This document shows, in pieces, positions 39,597-49,864 of a stretch of DNA of 64,000 nucleotides. The stretch spans positions 270,218 to 334,217 of the forward strand of contig JBQTHB010000006.1 of NCBI GenBank assembly GCA_052390235.1, read 5' to 3'. The notes beneath the pieces were generated by a model. The model was not told the DNA's origin. It searched no databases and worked only from the letters and a program-made list of their open reading frames with translations. Position 1 is the first letter of the stretch. Each line of letters begins with the position of its first letter. Made by a program: the position numbers and the translations under genes. The stretch comes from Deltaproteobacteria bacterium (GTDB taxonomy: Bacteria > Desulfobacterota_D > UBA1144 > Nemesobacterales > CSP1-2).

Positions 39597-40760
39597 TTGA
39601 ACAACAGGGCGGGGTTAATTATAATTTCACAAAACCTGCGCCGAAGCCGAGTCAATCCGAGCCATAATGTGAAAATCGCCGTAAAATCCATCACGCTTAA
39701 AAATTACAGAAACTATCGCTCGGAAACCCTCTCCTTTCACGAGCGGTTCAATCTCATCTGCGGCGAAAATGCGCAGGGCAAAACCAACCTCCTCGAAGCC
39801 GTTCACACGCTCTGCACCTTCAGGGCGTTTAAGCAGATAAAAATTGAAGACCTCATTGCGTTCGGCGATGCGGAGGCGCGCATCAAAGGCGAGATATTCG
39901 CAGACTCCGACCTGAACGAAATCCACATTGCGCTTAGAAAAAACGCCAAAGCCGTAAAGCTCAACGGGAAAATCATTCAGAACCTAAGCGGCTTCGGCGG
40001 GAGGTTCAACGTGGTCTCGTTTCTCCCCCTGGATTCGGAGCTCGTCAAAGGCTCGCCCCAGGAGAGGAGAAAGTACGCCGACTCGGTTCTGTGCAACTTC
40101 TACCCGGAGCATCTGCGGGATATGAAGGCGTATCTTCGCAGCGTAACCCAGAGAAACGCCCTCTTAGCGCAAGCCGCTAAACCCTCCGGAGAGATGCTCG
40201 ATATTTGGAATGGTAAAATCTCAGAGGTCGGCGCGCGCATCATCAAACGCAGAATCGGGTTCATCGAAATATTAGAACCCCTCGCGCAGGAGCGCTACAG
40301 GCTCGTCTCGGGGATTAAGACGGCAGTTGAAATCCTCTATAAAAGCTCCTGCGAAATTGACGGAGATATAGAAAATGCCCTGCGGCGCGAGCTTGACAGG
40401 CGCGTCGGTCTGGACAGAAAGCGCGGATACACCTCAGCCGGACCGCACAGAGACCTCATTGAATTCTCCCTAGCGGGGAGAAACGCCCAGACGTTTGCAT
40501 CCCAGGGGGAGGCGAAAACCCTCGCCGCCGCGCTCAAGGCGGCAGAGATAGCGATGACCGAAACCGCGCTCGAAAAAACCCCGATACTGCTCCTAGACGA
40601 CGTTACCAGCGAACTCGACGGGCGAAGAAGGGGGTTTCTGTTCGAGACCCTGAGGGAGTTTGCGGGGCAGGTTTTCGTTACAACGGCAAATCCAGAGGAA
40701 ATCCCATTCGGCGGAGACAAAAAAACGTTTCGGATAAGGGGCGGGCGCGCAGAGTCATAA
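39597..40760 (+). CDS. recF: RecF DNA repair ATPase (start probably GTG 39669)
   Basis: NYRNY, GENAQGKTN, GPHRD, SQGE, LLLDDVTSELD. Confidence 0.95.
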   Translation: MNNRAGLIIISQNLRRSRVNPSHNVKIAVKSITLKNYRNYRSETLSFHERFNLICGENAQGKTNLLEAVHTLCTFRAFKQIKIEDLIAFGDAEARIKGEIFADSDLNEIHIALRKNAKAVKLNGKIIQNLSGFGGRFNVVSFLPLDSELVKGSPQERRKYADSVLCNFYPEHLRDMKAYLRSVTQRNALLAQAAKPSGEMLDIWNGKISEVGARIIKRRIGFIEILEPLAQERYRLVSGIKTAVEILYKSSCEIDGDIENALRRELDRRVGLDRKRGYTSAGPHRDLIEFSLAGRNAQTFASQGEAKTLAAALKAAEIAMTETALEKTPILLLDDVTSELDGRRRGFLFETLREFAGQVFVTTANPEEIPFGGDKKTFRIRGGRAES

Positions 40761-40816
40761 GGGGCTAACCCCTTAAGCGGGGGGTTTTATGGTAAGTTTT
40801 AATCGGGAGGGAAATT

Positions 40817-41284
40817 ATGAGCTTACGGCAGAGAATACCGGAGGATATAAAAAGCGCGCTGAAGAATAAAAAAACGGTCGAGCTTTCGACGCTTCGGATG
40901 CTTCAGGCGGCGGTGATAAACAGGGAAATTGATAAAAAAAGGGTACAATCAGGCCTCAGCGACGAGGAAATTATCGAGGTCGTAGGGACTGAGCTAAAAA
41001 AGCGAAAGGAAGCCGCCGAAGCCTTCATCAAGGGCGGAAGAGCGGATTTAGCCGATGGGGAGAGAGCCGAAGCCGAGGTTCTGATGGCTTATATGCCCAA
41101 GCAGATGACCGATGCCGAGATTCGAGAAGAGGTAATACGGGCAATAGCCGAAGCCGGAGCGAGGAGCGCGGCGGACTTGGGGCGAGTCATGAGGGCTATA
41201 GCGCCGCGCACTAAGGGCAAAGCCGATGGAGCGCTGGTCAATAAAATTGTCAAAGAGGAGTTGGAAAAATCTAGCGCGGGGTAA
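40817..41284 (+). CDS. GatB/YqeY-domain protein
   Basis: KKRKEA..F..GGR.DLA, YMPKQ, GKADG. Confidence 0.92.
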   Translation: MSLRQRIPEDIKSALKNKKTVELSTLRMLQAAVINREIDKKRVQSGLSDEEIIEVVGTELKKRKEAAEAFIKGGRADLADGERAEAEVLMAYMPKQMTDAEIREEVIRAIAEAGARSAADLGRVMRAIAPRTKGKADGALVNKIVKEELEKSSAG

Positions 41285-41398
41285 TCGGGCGTTATGGCGC
41301 GCGCGAGGCTAGGTGTGGGGGGGAGCGCTCAAATCCCCGCAGATGAATCGCCTCAACGAGAGGGTCTAGAAAATCAAATCTTAAGGAGAAGTTACATT

Positions 41399-43222
41399 AT
41401 GGCGGCAACTGCTGAAGAGAAATTAACCGGCGCAGAGGGGATTACCTGGAATCTGGGGGATTTATACTCAAGCCTCGACGACCCGCAAATTGATGCGGAC
41501 GTCCGCCGGCTGCTCGGCGAGGCAAAGGGGTTTGAGGGGAAGCGCCGGGGTAGAATTAGCTCCCCTGCGATTGACGCGGCGACGCTTCTTGAAGCCGTAT
41601 CAGAACTGGAGGCAATAAGCGAGGGAGTCGGCAGGGTTCTGACCTACGCCTATCTCATTTTTGCCGCCGACACCGCAAACCCCAAGCACGGGGCGTTTTT
41701 GCAGTCCATGCAGGAAAAAGCAACTGAAATTCGCCGCCACATCATGTTTTTCGAGATTGAATGGGTCGCCCTGCCGGACGATGCCGCGAGCCTACTCATC
41801 GAGGATGAAAAGCTCGCCCGCTTTAAACACTTCCTCGAAACCGAGCGGCGCTACAAACCCCACAGGCTCACAGAGGGGGAAGAGAAAATCCTAGACGAGA
41901 AGGCAAACACCGGTGCGCGCGCCTTCCGCCGTCTGTTCGATGAGGTCATAAACAACATAAAATTCAAGGTCTCCATCGGGGGCAGGGCAAAAATCATGAG
42001 CGAGACCGAAGCGCTTGCCATGCTCTACGACTCGGAGAGAAAAACCCGCAAAGCCGCCGCCCTAGGTATCACCAGAGGATTGAGAGAGAATTCCCACGCG
42101 CTGACCTACATCTTTAACACTCTCGTTCAAGACCACGCCTCCACAGACCGCCTCCGCTCGTTTGAACACCCAATGGCGGCGCGGCACCTCGATAACGAAA
42201 TTGACAGAGCCACAGTTGACGCCCTTATAACCTCATGCGAACGCAGCTACTCAACCGTGGAGCGATACTACAATCTCAAGAAAAAACTCCTCGGCATTAA
42301 AAATTTCCGCGACTACGACCGCTACGCCCCCGCGCTCGCCGAGAGGAAAACCATACGGTACGCCGAGGCAAAAGAGATTATTCTCGGCGCATTCGGGCAT
42401 TTTTCGCCTAGGATGTCGGAGGTAGCATCCGAGTTTTTCAACAAAAACTGGATAGACGCCGAGCTTCGCGCCGGCAAACGCGGCGGGGCGTTCAGCCACA
42501 GCGCCGTTCCGGGAGTGCATCCCTATGTTTTCATGAACTATACGGGAAAAATGAGGGACGTTATGACGCTCGCCCACGAACTGGGCCACGGGATTCATCA
42601 GTACCTCTCGCGGGGGCAGGGATATTTCCAGTGCAACACCCCGCTCACGACAGCTGAGACCGCAAGCGTTTTCGGCGAGATTCTCGTATTCCATAAGCTC
42701 AAAGAATCCGAGCGCGACCCAAGGGCAAGGCTCGCCCTTTTATGCGGCAAATTAGAAGACATATTCGCCACGGTGTTTCGCCAAGTCGTCCTCACTCGCT
42801 TCGAGGAAAAGCTCCACGCGGAACGACGCGCCGATGGGGAACTCACGACTCAGCGCATAAATGAGCTTTGGATAGAGGCGAATAAGCCCATGTTCGGCTC
42901 GGCAGTGGAGTTGACCGAGGACTACGGCTGGTGGTGGATGTACATACCGCACTTTATCCACTCCCCTTTTTACTGCTACGCCTACTCATTCGGGGAACTG
43001 CTGGTACTCGCGCTCTACAACAAATACCTAAGCGAAGGAGATGCGTTCGTCCCCCGCTATGTGCAACTCCTCTCCTCGGGAGGGTCGGATTCGCCTCCCG
43101 TTCTGCTCGCGCGCGTGGGGGTGGACATCACAGACCCCAACTTCTGGCAGGGCGGGCTCAATTTGCTGAGCGATATGGTCGAGGAGGCGGTGGAGCTTGC
43201 AATCAGTGAAATCCCCGCTTGA
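41399..43222 (+). CDS. M3-family oligoendopeptidase (PepF-like)
   Basis: WNLGDLY, GKRGGAF, LAHELGH, AETAS, HSPFYCYAY; SD before ATG 41399. Confidence 0.93.
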   Translation: MAATAEEKLTGAEGITWNLGDLYSSLDDPQIDADVRRLLGEAKGFEGKRRGRISSPAIDAATLLEAVSELEAISEGVGRVLTYAYLIFAADTANPKHGAFLQSMQEKATEIRRHIMFFEIEWVALPDDAASLLIEDEKLARFKHFLETERRYKPHRLTEGEEKILDEKANTGARAFRRLFDEVINNIKFKVSIGGRAKIMSETEALAMLYDSERKTRKAAALGITRGLRENSHALTYIFNTLVQDHASTDRLRSFEHPMAARHLDNEIDRATVDALITSCERSYSTVERYYNLKKKLLGIKNFRDYDRYAPALAERKTIRYAEAKEIILGAFGHFSPRMSEVASEFFNKNWIDAELRAGKRGGAFSHSAVPGVHPYVFMNYTGKMRDVMTLAHELGHGIHQYLSRGQGYFQCNTPLTTAETASVFGEILVFHKLKESERDPRARLALLCGKLEDIFATVFRQVVLTRFEEKLHAERRADGELTTQRINELWIEANKPMFGSAVELTEDYGWWWMYIPHFIHSPFYCYAYSFGELLVLALYNKYLSEGDAFVPRYVQLLSSGGSDSPPVLLARVGVDITDPNFWQGGLNLLSDMVEEAVELAISEIPA

Positions 43223-43282
43223 CACTACAGGCGGTTTTCCGACATATTTAGACTCAAGAGAATTCCCCAAAGTGAAGGAGGG

Positions 43283-43687
43283 TTGACGATGAAAAGACTC
43301 AGAACCAGAGTGTCAAGGGTTTTAATAATCGCGCTCATAATAGCGACGTTCGCTCCGGCGGCAGTAATCTCGAAAAGTGCCGAAGCCGCAATTTCGCCCT
43401 CGCAGATGATGACAGCCGAGGGCAAGGCTCAAGCCAGAGGCGTGGACGAGGCAAAGGTGCGAGGGATGCTTGAGAATAAAATAGTCGCCGAGAGGCTCAA
43501 AGCCTACGGTCTTAGCGCGGATGAAATCGCGGCGAAAATGAGCAAAATGTCCGACGAGCAGGTGCATCAGATGGCGGCCCTCTCGGATAGGATGCCCGCC
43601 GGGGGCAACGCCTTGGGATTCGTGATTGGGGTTTTAATCGTTGCCCTGCTCGCGCTTCTCGTAATTTATTTTGCAAAGCGGGTTTAG
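43283..43687 (+). CDS. PA2779-family exported protein
   Basis: Signal peptide, MSDEQV...PAGG motif, C-terminal TM helix. Confidence 0.75.
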   Translation: MTMKRLRTRVSRVLIIALIIATFAPAAVISKSAEAAISPSQMMTAEGKAQARGVDEAKVRGMLENKIVAERLKAYGLSADEIAAKMSKMSDEQVHQMAALSDRMPAGGNALGFVIGVLIVALLALLVIYFAKRV

Positions 43688-44249
43688 ACTGAAGATTTTA
43701 CGCCTCGGCGGATTTCCACTTCTCACGCTGATATTGCTGGCGGCAGGATGCCTTGAGACTCCCCCTGCCCCCTCTCTGGATTCCCCATCGCTCGGAAATG
43801 GGCAAAGGTCGCTCCAGGGGGTGAAATTTGTAAGGCAGAGGGATGAATTCTGCGGGCCTGCGGCAATGGAATCCGTGATGAACTACTACGGAGAGGGCGT
43901 TTCGCAGGATGAAATCGCAGGGAGCGTCTATACGCCAAAGCTGGGCGGCGCGCTTATTTCTGATATGCAGTATTTTGCGCAGGAGCGGGGCTTTAGGGCT
44001 GAAACCATAAATGGGGATTTCGACGCCATCGCCTCGGCTATTGATTCCGGCGCGCCCGTGATAGCGCTCGTGGATGTGGGCAAATTTGGGCTGAGCGCGC
44101 CGCACTACTACGTCGTCTATGGCTACGATAAAGCCGAGGGTGCCCTTCTCCTCCACACAGGTTACAGGGGCAACGTCAGGATGAAATTGCGCCGGTTCGA
44201 GCGCGAGTGGAGTAAAATGAACCGCCTGATGCTCGTGATTCACAAATGA
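43671..44249 (+). CDS. C39-like cysteine peptidase lipoprotein (PA2778-like)
   Basis: Lipobox AAGC, Q...CGPAA, HYYVVYGYD. Confidence 0.8.
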   Translation: MQSGFRLKILRLGGFPLLTLILLAAGCLETPPAPSLDSPSLGNGQRSLQGVKFVRQRDEFCGPAAMESVMNYYGEGVSQDEIAGSVYTPKLGGALISDMQYFAQERGFRAETINGDFDAIASAIDSGAPVIALVDVGKFGLSAPHYYVVYGYDKAEGALLLHTGYRGNVRMKLRRFEREWSKMNRLMLVIHK

Positions 44250-44824
44250 AATTGCTTTTGGCTCTCATCATCTCATTGCTCGTTTCCGGGTGCGCCCTCG
44301 TTGAAAGGCACATCGCGCTTACGAAAGACCCACTCACAGCCGAGGAGCATAACAATTTAGGCGTCGCATACGAGAGAGAGGGGAAAATTGAGCTTGCCCT
44401 CGGAGAATATCAAAAAGCCGCCGCCGATGGAGACCTCATCATCCCCCGCGTAAATATGGGAAATGCCTATTTCAAGCTCGGCAGATACGCCGAAGCCGAA
44501 AAATCCTACGCCGAAGCGCTCAAAAGGGATAAAAAGAACATCGAAGCCGCAAATAATTTGGCATCCGTCTATATTGCCCTCGGCGGTCGCTACGACAAGG
44601 GAATGGATATACTGCTCCAAGCCCTCGACGGAGACACTGAAATCCCCGCATACGCCCTCGACACCCTCGGCGCTCTTTACCTGAGATTAGGGGATAGCAA
44701 GAAGGCTCTGGGCTATTTCAGGCGCGCGTGCGCTAAAGCCGAGGGAAACCCCGAACTCATTCGGCAAATCGAGGGGCATACTGCCGAGATTGGGCGCGAT
44801 TGCCGGAATTTATCCGACCCTTAA
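44246..44824 (+). CDS. TPR lipoprotein
   Basis: Lipobox VSGC; HNNLGVAY, NMGNAY, ANNLA, DTLG repeats. Confidence 0.85.
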   Translation: MKLLLALIISLLVSGCALVERHIALTKDPLTAEEHNNLGVAYEREGKIELALGEYQKAAADGDLIIPRVNMGNAYFKLGRYAEAEKSYAEALKRDKKNIEAANNLASVYIALGGRYDKGMDILLQALDGDTEIPAYALDTLGALYLRLGDSKKALGYFRRACAKAEGNPELIRQIEGHTAEIGRDCRNLSDP

Positions 44825-47800
44825 GCCCCCCCGTCCGATGACGCGCTCTATGTCGTCAATGAATTTATCCTGAATCTCAACGTGGCAGTTGCCAGATTCA
44901 ACCAATACCTCTTCCTCTCCGTCTGCGATGTGCAGAAACACTCTGGACTCCCCCGGATAGGCGTCGGCTATCCGCTTGAGCTTGAGGAGATTCTCAGGGG
45001 TGGCTAGCTCTTTTTTAAGCATTATATGAGCCGCCGACCCGCTTCTCATCTCCCGAATCGAATAAATTTCGGCGGCCCTTATTTTGACCCTATCCTCGGA
45101 ATTCTCAATCGTGCCTCGCACTATCACCGGCTCGGATTTCTCTTCAAGCAAGGGCATGGATTTCCTCAGGAGGTCGTTGAACACTATGACCTCGGCCGAG
45201 CCTTTCATATCCTCTAAAATGAGGTTGCCGAAAATCCCCGCGCCGTTTTTCGTATGCTTCACCGTGAGCGAGCGCACAACGCCGGCTATTGCAATATCCC
45301 GCCTATCGGGGGCGTCCTGAAGCATCTGGGTATCGGTGTCGGCGTAGCGCTTTATTTCAGCGCTGTATTTCGCCATTGGATGGCTTGAGACGTAGAATCC
45401 GAGCGTATCGAGTTCGCCCTTGAGAACCTCGGTCTCGCCCCACTCCTGTGAGTGTTTTAGCTTAGGCTGAGAGATAGATGCCGAAAGCGCGCCGAAAAGG
45501 GATATCTGCCCTTCGGGAGAGCCTTTCTGCGCCCCTGCCGAATAGCTAAGAAGGGTGTCAATAGAGTCGGAAAGCTCCGCCCTGTGAGAGCCGAGGGAGT
45601 CGAACGCTCCGCCCTTTATGAGGCTCTCAAGGGTCTTTCGGTTTACTTTTTTTGTGTCAACCCGCTCCAGAAAATCAAAAACCGACTTAAACGCCCCGCC
45701 GCCCTGCCGCGCCTTTATTACGGCGTCAACCGTCGCCTCGCCCAGGTTTTTAACCGCGGCAAGCCCGAAGCGGATTTTCCCCTCCAGAGCCGTAAAGCCG
45801 GAGGCGCTCTCGTTCACGTCTGGGGCTAGAACTTCTATGCCCATCTCGCGGCACTCGGCAATGCTGGATATGACTTTGTCGCTGTTTCCGGCTTCGGACG
45901 AGAGCAGAGCCGCCATGAACTCCGCAGGGAAATGGGTCTTCAAATACGCCGTCTGATAGGTGAGAAGGGCGTAGGCGGCGCTGTGGCTTTTGTTGAAGGA
46001 GTATTCGGCGAAATTCTCCATGGCGTCGAAAATCTCTTCGGCTTTTTTTGAGTTTATCCCCTTGCGTCTCGCCCCGTCTAGGAATCTCTCGCGCTGAGCT
46101 TTCATCTCCTCTGGTTTTTTCTTCCCCATCGCGCGGCGGAGCAGGTCGGCTTCTCCGAGGCTATAGTCGGCAAGGACGCTTGAGGTTTTCATTATCTGCT
46201 CTTGATAGACAAATAAGCCGTAGGTGTCTTTGAGGATTTCCTGAAGCTCCGGCAGGGGGTAGTCAATCCGCTTCTGCCCGTGTTTGCGCTTAATGAACTC
46301 ATCCACCATGCCGCTGTCCAGAGGGCCCGGGCGGTACAGGGCGAGAAGGGCGATAATCTCCTCAAAATTGGACGGCTCGAGTTTTGTTAAGACCTCTTTC
46401 ATCCCCGAGGATTCAATCTGAAACACCCCGCGCGTTTTGCCGCTTGAGAGGAACTTATACACGCGCTCATCGTCCAGAGGGATTTTCATCACGTCGAAAC
46501 CGGTGGAGGAGGCGCGTATAAATTCCACCGCCTTATCAATTACGGTGAGCGTCTTAAGCCCTAGGAAATCAAACTTCACATAGCCCAAGTCCTCAATGGA
46601 TTTCATATCAAACTGGGTTACCGTCTCGTCCTTCGAGCCTCGATATAGCGGGATAAAATCGGCAAGCGGCTCATCGGAAATCACAATACCGGCGGCGTGC
46701 GTGGATGAGTGCCGCACCATATCCTCAAGGGGTCTGGCATTTTCGACAAGCTCGCGCAGGTGGGAGTGCTTCTGGAGGAGGTCTTGTAGCTGCGGCACTT
46801 TTTCAATCGCCTCATCGAGGCTAAACACCTTGCCCCTAAACGTGGGGATTAGCTTTGTGATGCGGTCAACGTCGGCGTACGGGACCCCCATTACCCGCCC
46901 TACGTCTTTTATCACTGCCTTTGCCGACATAGTTCCGAACGTGCCGATTTGGGCGACTCTATCCGAGCCGTATTTCTCGGTTACATATTTTATGACCTCG
47001 TCGCGCCTTTCTCCGCAAAAGTCAACGTCAATGTCAGGCATACTCACGCGCTCGGGGTTTAGAAACCGCTCGAAGATGAGGTTGTAGGGGATGGGGTCAA
47101 TCTCGGTGATTCCCAGGGCATAGGCGACGAGGCTCCCGGCGGCGCTCCCTCTGCCGGGCCCAACGGGGATCCGCCTCGATTTAGCATAATTAATGAAATC
47201 TGAGACCACGAGAAAGTAGCCCGCAAACCCCATTTTAGCAATTGTATCAATCTCGCCCTCAAGCCTCGCCCTGTAGGAGGTCGCTCCGGTGGCGTCAATT
47301 TTATTCTCCTCAATACGGTATTCGAGGTTTTCTCTCGCAAGCTCAGCCATGCGCTCTTCGAGGGATTTCCCCCCTTCGAGCTTAAATACGGGCATTTTGT
47401 AGCCAGCTGTTTTGAGGTCGAAACTGCACCGCTCGGCAATTTCCATAGTCCGCTCAATCTCCCCCTCGCACCCCCGGAGGGATTCAACCATCTCTGCCCT
47501 CGATTTCATGAAGAACTCATCCCCCGTGAACCTCATGCGGTTCTCATCCTTCAGCGCGACTCCCGTCTGAACGCACAGCAGTACGTCATGGGATTTTGCA
47601 TCCTCGCGCCGGAGGTAGTGGCAGTCGTTTGTGGCGACGACGGGTATGGAGAGTTTCCTGCCGAGTTCAAGGAGTTTTTGGTTGAGAGCGTCCTGCTCGC
47701 TAATACCGTTTGCCTGAATTTCGAGGTAGTACCTATCGCCAAATAGCTCTCTGTAGCGGGCGGCAACCTCAAGCGCCCCTTTCATGTCATTTGCTAGAAC

Positions 47801-48238
47801 GCGCTTTGAGAGTTCGCTGTTCATGCACCCGCTGAGGATAATAAGTCCCTCGCGGTGAGTGTCGAGAAGCTCCATGTCAACGCGGGGCCTCCTGTAGAAC
47901 CCCTCGAAATAGGCGCGAGTAACTAGCCTCGATAGATTCCTGTAGCCGGCGGCGTTGGCGGAGAGAACCGTGAGGTGGTGGTTTTTCTCTTCTTGGGACT
48001 TATCCCGCCGCGCCGCGGGAGCCACATAAACCTCGCACCCGATAATGGGCTTTATTCCGGCTCTCCTGCCCTCTTTGTAGAACTCGTGCGCCCCGAACAG
48101 ATTGCCGTGGTCTGTAAGGGCGACAGCAGGCATCCCAAACTCCCTGGCGCGGCGAAAGAGCTCGTCAAACTTAATCGCCCCGTCCAAGAGGGAGTATTGG
48201 GAATGCAGATGAAGATGAATGAATCCGCCGCCAGCCAT
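44810..48238 (-). CDS. dnaE: DNA polymerase III alpha subunit
   Basis: FIHLHLHSQYSLLDG PHP start, GRGSAAGS, MPDIDVDF, FNKSH. Confidence 0.97.
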   Translation of the reverse strand: MAGGGFIHLHLHSQYSLLDGAIKFDELFRRAREFGMPAVALTDHGNLFGAHEFYKEGRRAGIKPIIGCEVYVAPAARRDKSQEEKNHHLTVLSANAAGYRNLSRLVTRAYFEGFYRRPRVDMELLDTHREGLIILSGCMNSELSKRVLANDMKGALEVAARYRELFGDRYYLEIQANGISEQDALNQKLLELGRKLSIPVVATNDCHYLRREDAKSHDVLLCVQTGVALKDENRMRFTGDEFFMKSRAEMVESLRGCEGEIERTMEIAERCSFDLKTAGYKMPVFKLEGGKSLEERMAELARENLEYRIEENKIDATGATSYRARLEGEIDTIAKMGFAGYFLVVSDFINYAKSRRIPVGPGRGSAAGSLVAYALGITEIDPIPYNLIFERFLNPERVSMPDIDVDFCGERRDEVIKYVTEKYGSDRVAQIGTFGTMSAKAVIKDVGRVMGVPYADVDRITKLIPTFRGKVFSLDEAIEKVPQLQDLLQKHSHLRELVENARPLEDMVRHSSTHAAGIVISDEPLADFIPLYRGSKDETVTQFDMKSIEDLGYVKFDFLGLKTLTVIDKAVEFIRASSTGFDVMKIPLDDERVYKFLSSGKTRGVFQIESSGMKEVLTKLEPSNFEEIIALLALYRPGPLDSGMVDEFIKRKHGQKRIDYPLPELQEILKDTYGLFVYQEQIMKTSSVLADYSLGEADLLRRAMGKKKPEEMKAQRERFLDGARRKGINSKKAEEIFDAMENFAEYSFNKSHSAAYALLTYQTAYLKTHFPAEFMAALLSSEAGNSDKVISSIAECREMGIEVLAPDVNESASGFTALEGKIRFGLAAVKNLGEATVDAVIKARQGGGAFKSVFDFLERVDTKKVNRKTLESLIKGGAFDSLGSHRAELSDSIDTLLSYSAGAQKGSPEGQISLFGALSASISQPKLKHSQEWGETEVLKGELDTLGFYVSSHPMAKYSAEIKRYADTDTQMLQDAPDRRDIAIAGVVRSLTVKHTKNGAGIFGNLILEDMKGSAEVIVFNDLLRKSMPLLEEKSEPVIVRGTIENSEDRVKIRAAEIYSIREMRSGSAAHIMLKKELATPENLLKLKRIADAYPGESRVFLHIADGEEEVLVESGNCHVEIQDKFIDDIERVIGRGGLRVG

Positions 48239-48446
48239 AGCGGTTTTATTATATCTTGGAAAGTTTTTGGAAGGCAAGGCGCGGCGCAAGTGGAAATTCG
48301 GATACTGTGTTGCAAAGAGCGGCTGAAATTGTATATTTAAGCCGGTTGAACTTCTCTGCGCATCTAGTCCAAACAATCCGATAATATAGATTCTCCGGCG
48401 TACCACAAAACGAGTAGGCGAAGCGCCGGAAACGGAGGCAAAATTT

Positions 48447-49802
48447 ATGGAAGGGGTTTTAATCCTGCTTGAAGAGTACACAGGGCCGCTCATCACATTT
48501 ATTATCAGGCTCTACCTGAACACCTCGGACACTAATCTCACTCTCGGCGCAAGCGCCGCCATCCTCTCGATTATACTAATTTCCCTCCTCACGAGGAGAG
48601 GCGCAAAGCCCGAATCCGCCGAGCGGCAAGCGGGGCAGGCAGTCCTATCCGAAGCCGAAACCCCGCCCGCGCCCGATATTGCCGCCGAAACCAAAATTAT
48701 CGAAGAGCCGCCCATAAGGCGAAACATCGAGCCTGAAATTGCCCCCGCTCACGAGCCGGCAAAGCGCGTCGAGCCTATCGCCGCCCTGACGCAGGAAGCC
48801 TCCCCCGTGGCGCTGGAAGGAGAACCTGAGCCGGAAGTAGAAATTGAGAAAGAGCCGGAGGAGACAAAGGACGGGCTATTCTCAAGGCTTAGGGCTGGGC
48901 TTGCCAGAACACAGTCCGGGCTTTTGGGGAAGCTCGATGAAATCCTCTCCATCAGAAAAGAGGTTGATGAAAACCTCTGGGACGAGTTTGAAGAGACGCT
49001 CATTATGTCCGATTTGGGAATGCCAACGACAATGAAACTGCGCGACACCATCGAGGGCAGGCTCACAAAAAAATCCCTCCGAGACCCGAAGACGATAAAA
49101 GCCGCGCTCAAAGAAGAGATATTGAAAATCCTAAGGCAAGCCGAGGGCAGGGCGATTGAACCGAATCGCAAGCCGTTTGTGATAATGGTAGCCGGCGTCA
49201 ACGGCGTAGGGAAAACCACTACCATTGGCAAGCTAGCCTATAAGTTCAGGAAAGACGGAAAGAGCGTTATGGTCGCCGCCGCCGACACATTCAGAGCCGC
49301 CGCCGTGGATCAGCTTGAGGTATGGGCAAAGCGCGTGGGAAGCGATTTCCTCAGGGGTCAAAACGGGGCAGACCCCTCGGCTGTTGCCTTCGACGCCGTA
49401 AAAGCCGCCTCCTCGCGCGGGACTGACGTGCTGATAATTGACACCGCGGGCAGACTCCACACTAAGACAAACCTCATGGACGAGCTCAAAAAAATACGGA
49501 AAATCGTGGCAAGGGAAATGGACGGCGCGCCGCACGAAACGCTACTTGTGCTTGACGCCACTACGGGGCAGAACGCCGTTCAGCAGGCAAAAATATTCAG
49601 AGAGACGGTCGAGGTTACGGGAATCGCGCTGACGAAGCTCGACGGCACGGCTAAGGGCGGGGTCATCGTGTCAATCGCCAACGAACTCAATATACCCGTC
49701 AAATTTATCGGTATCGGCGAGAGCCTGGGGGATTTGCGCGAATTCAAAGCTGAGGAGTTTGTCGAGGCGCTGTTTCTCTCCGGCAGTGAAACCCTGCACT
49801 GA
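48447..49802 (+). CDS. ftsY: SRP receptor FtsY with N-terminal TM and acidic region
   Basis: GVNGVGKTTT, DTFRAAA, DTAGR, TKLDGTAKGG. Confidence 0.97.
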   Translation: MEGVLILLEEYTGPLITFIIRLYLNTSDTNLTLGASAAILSIILISLLTRRGAKPESAERQAGQAVLSEAETPPAPDIAAETKIIEEPPIRRNIEPEIAPAHEPAKRVEPIAALTQEASPVALEGEPEPEVEIEKEPEETKDGLFSRLRAGLARTQSGLLGKLDEILSIRKEVDENLWDEFEETLIMSDLGMPTTMKLRDTIEGRLTKKSLRDPKTIKAALKEEILKILRQAEGRAIEPNRKPFVIMVAGVNGVGKTTTIGKLAYKFRKDGKSVMVAAADTFRAAAVDQLEVWAKRVGSDFLRGQNGADPSAVAFDAVKAASSRGTDVLIIDTAGRLHTKTNLMDELKKIRKIVAREMDGAPHETLLVLDATTGQNAVQQAKIFRETVEVTGIALTKLDGTAKGGVIVSIANELNIPVKFIGIGESLGDLREFKAEEFVEALFLSGSETLH

Positions 49803-49864
49803 TTTCGGATTGCGTGAAAACGGCTAGGAGTGTTTAATCGCAATCCCCTGCTGTATGATGAACC

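Noticed and set aside
48239..48496. N-terminal extension of DnaE in the ORF track
   Set aside because: It overlaps the ftsY start and the divergent promoter region; the PHP domain starts right after ATG 48238. The length gives no sign of an intein.
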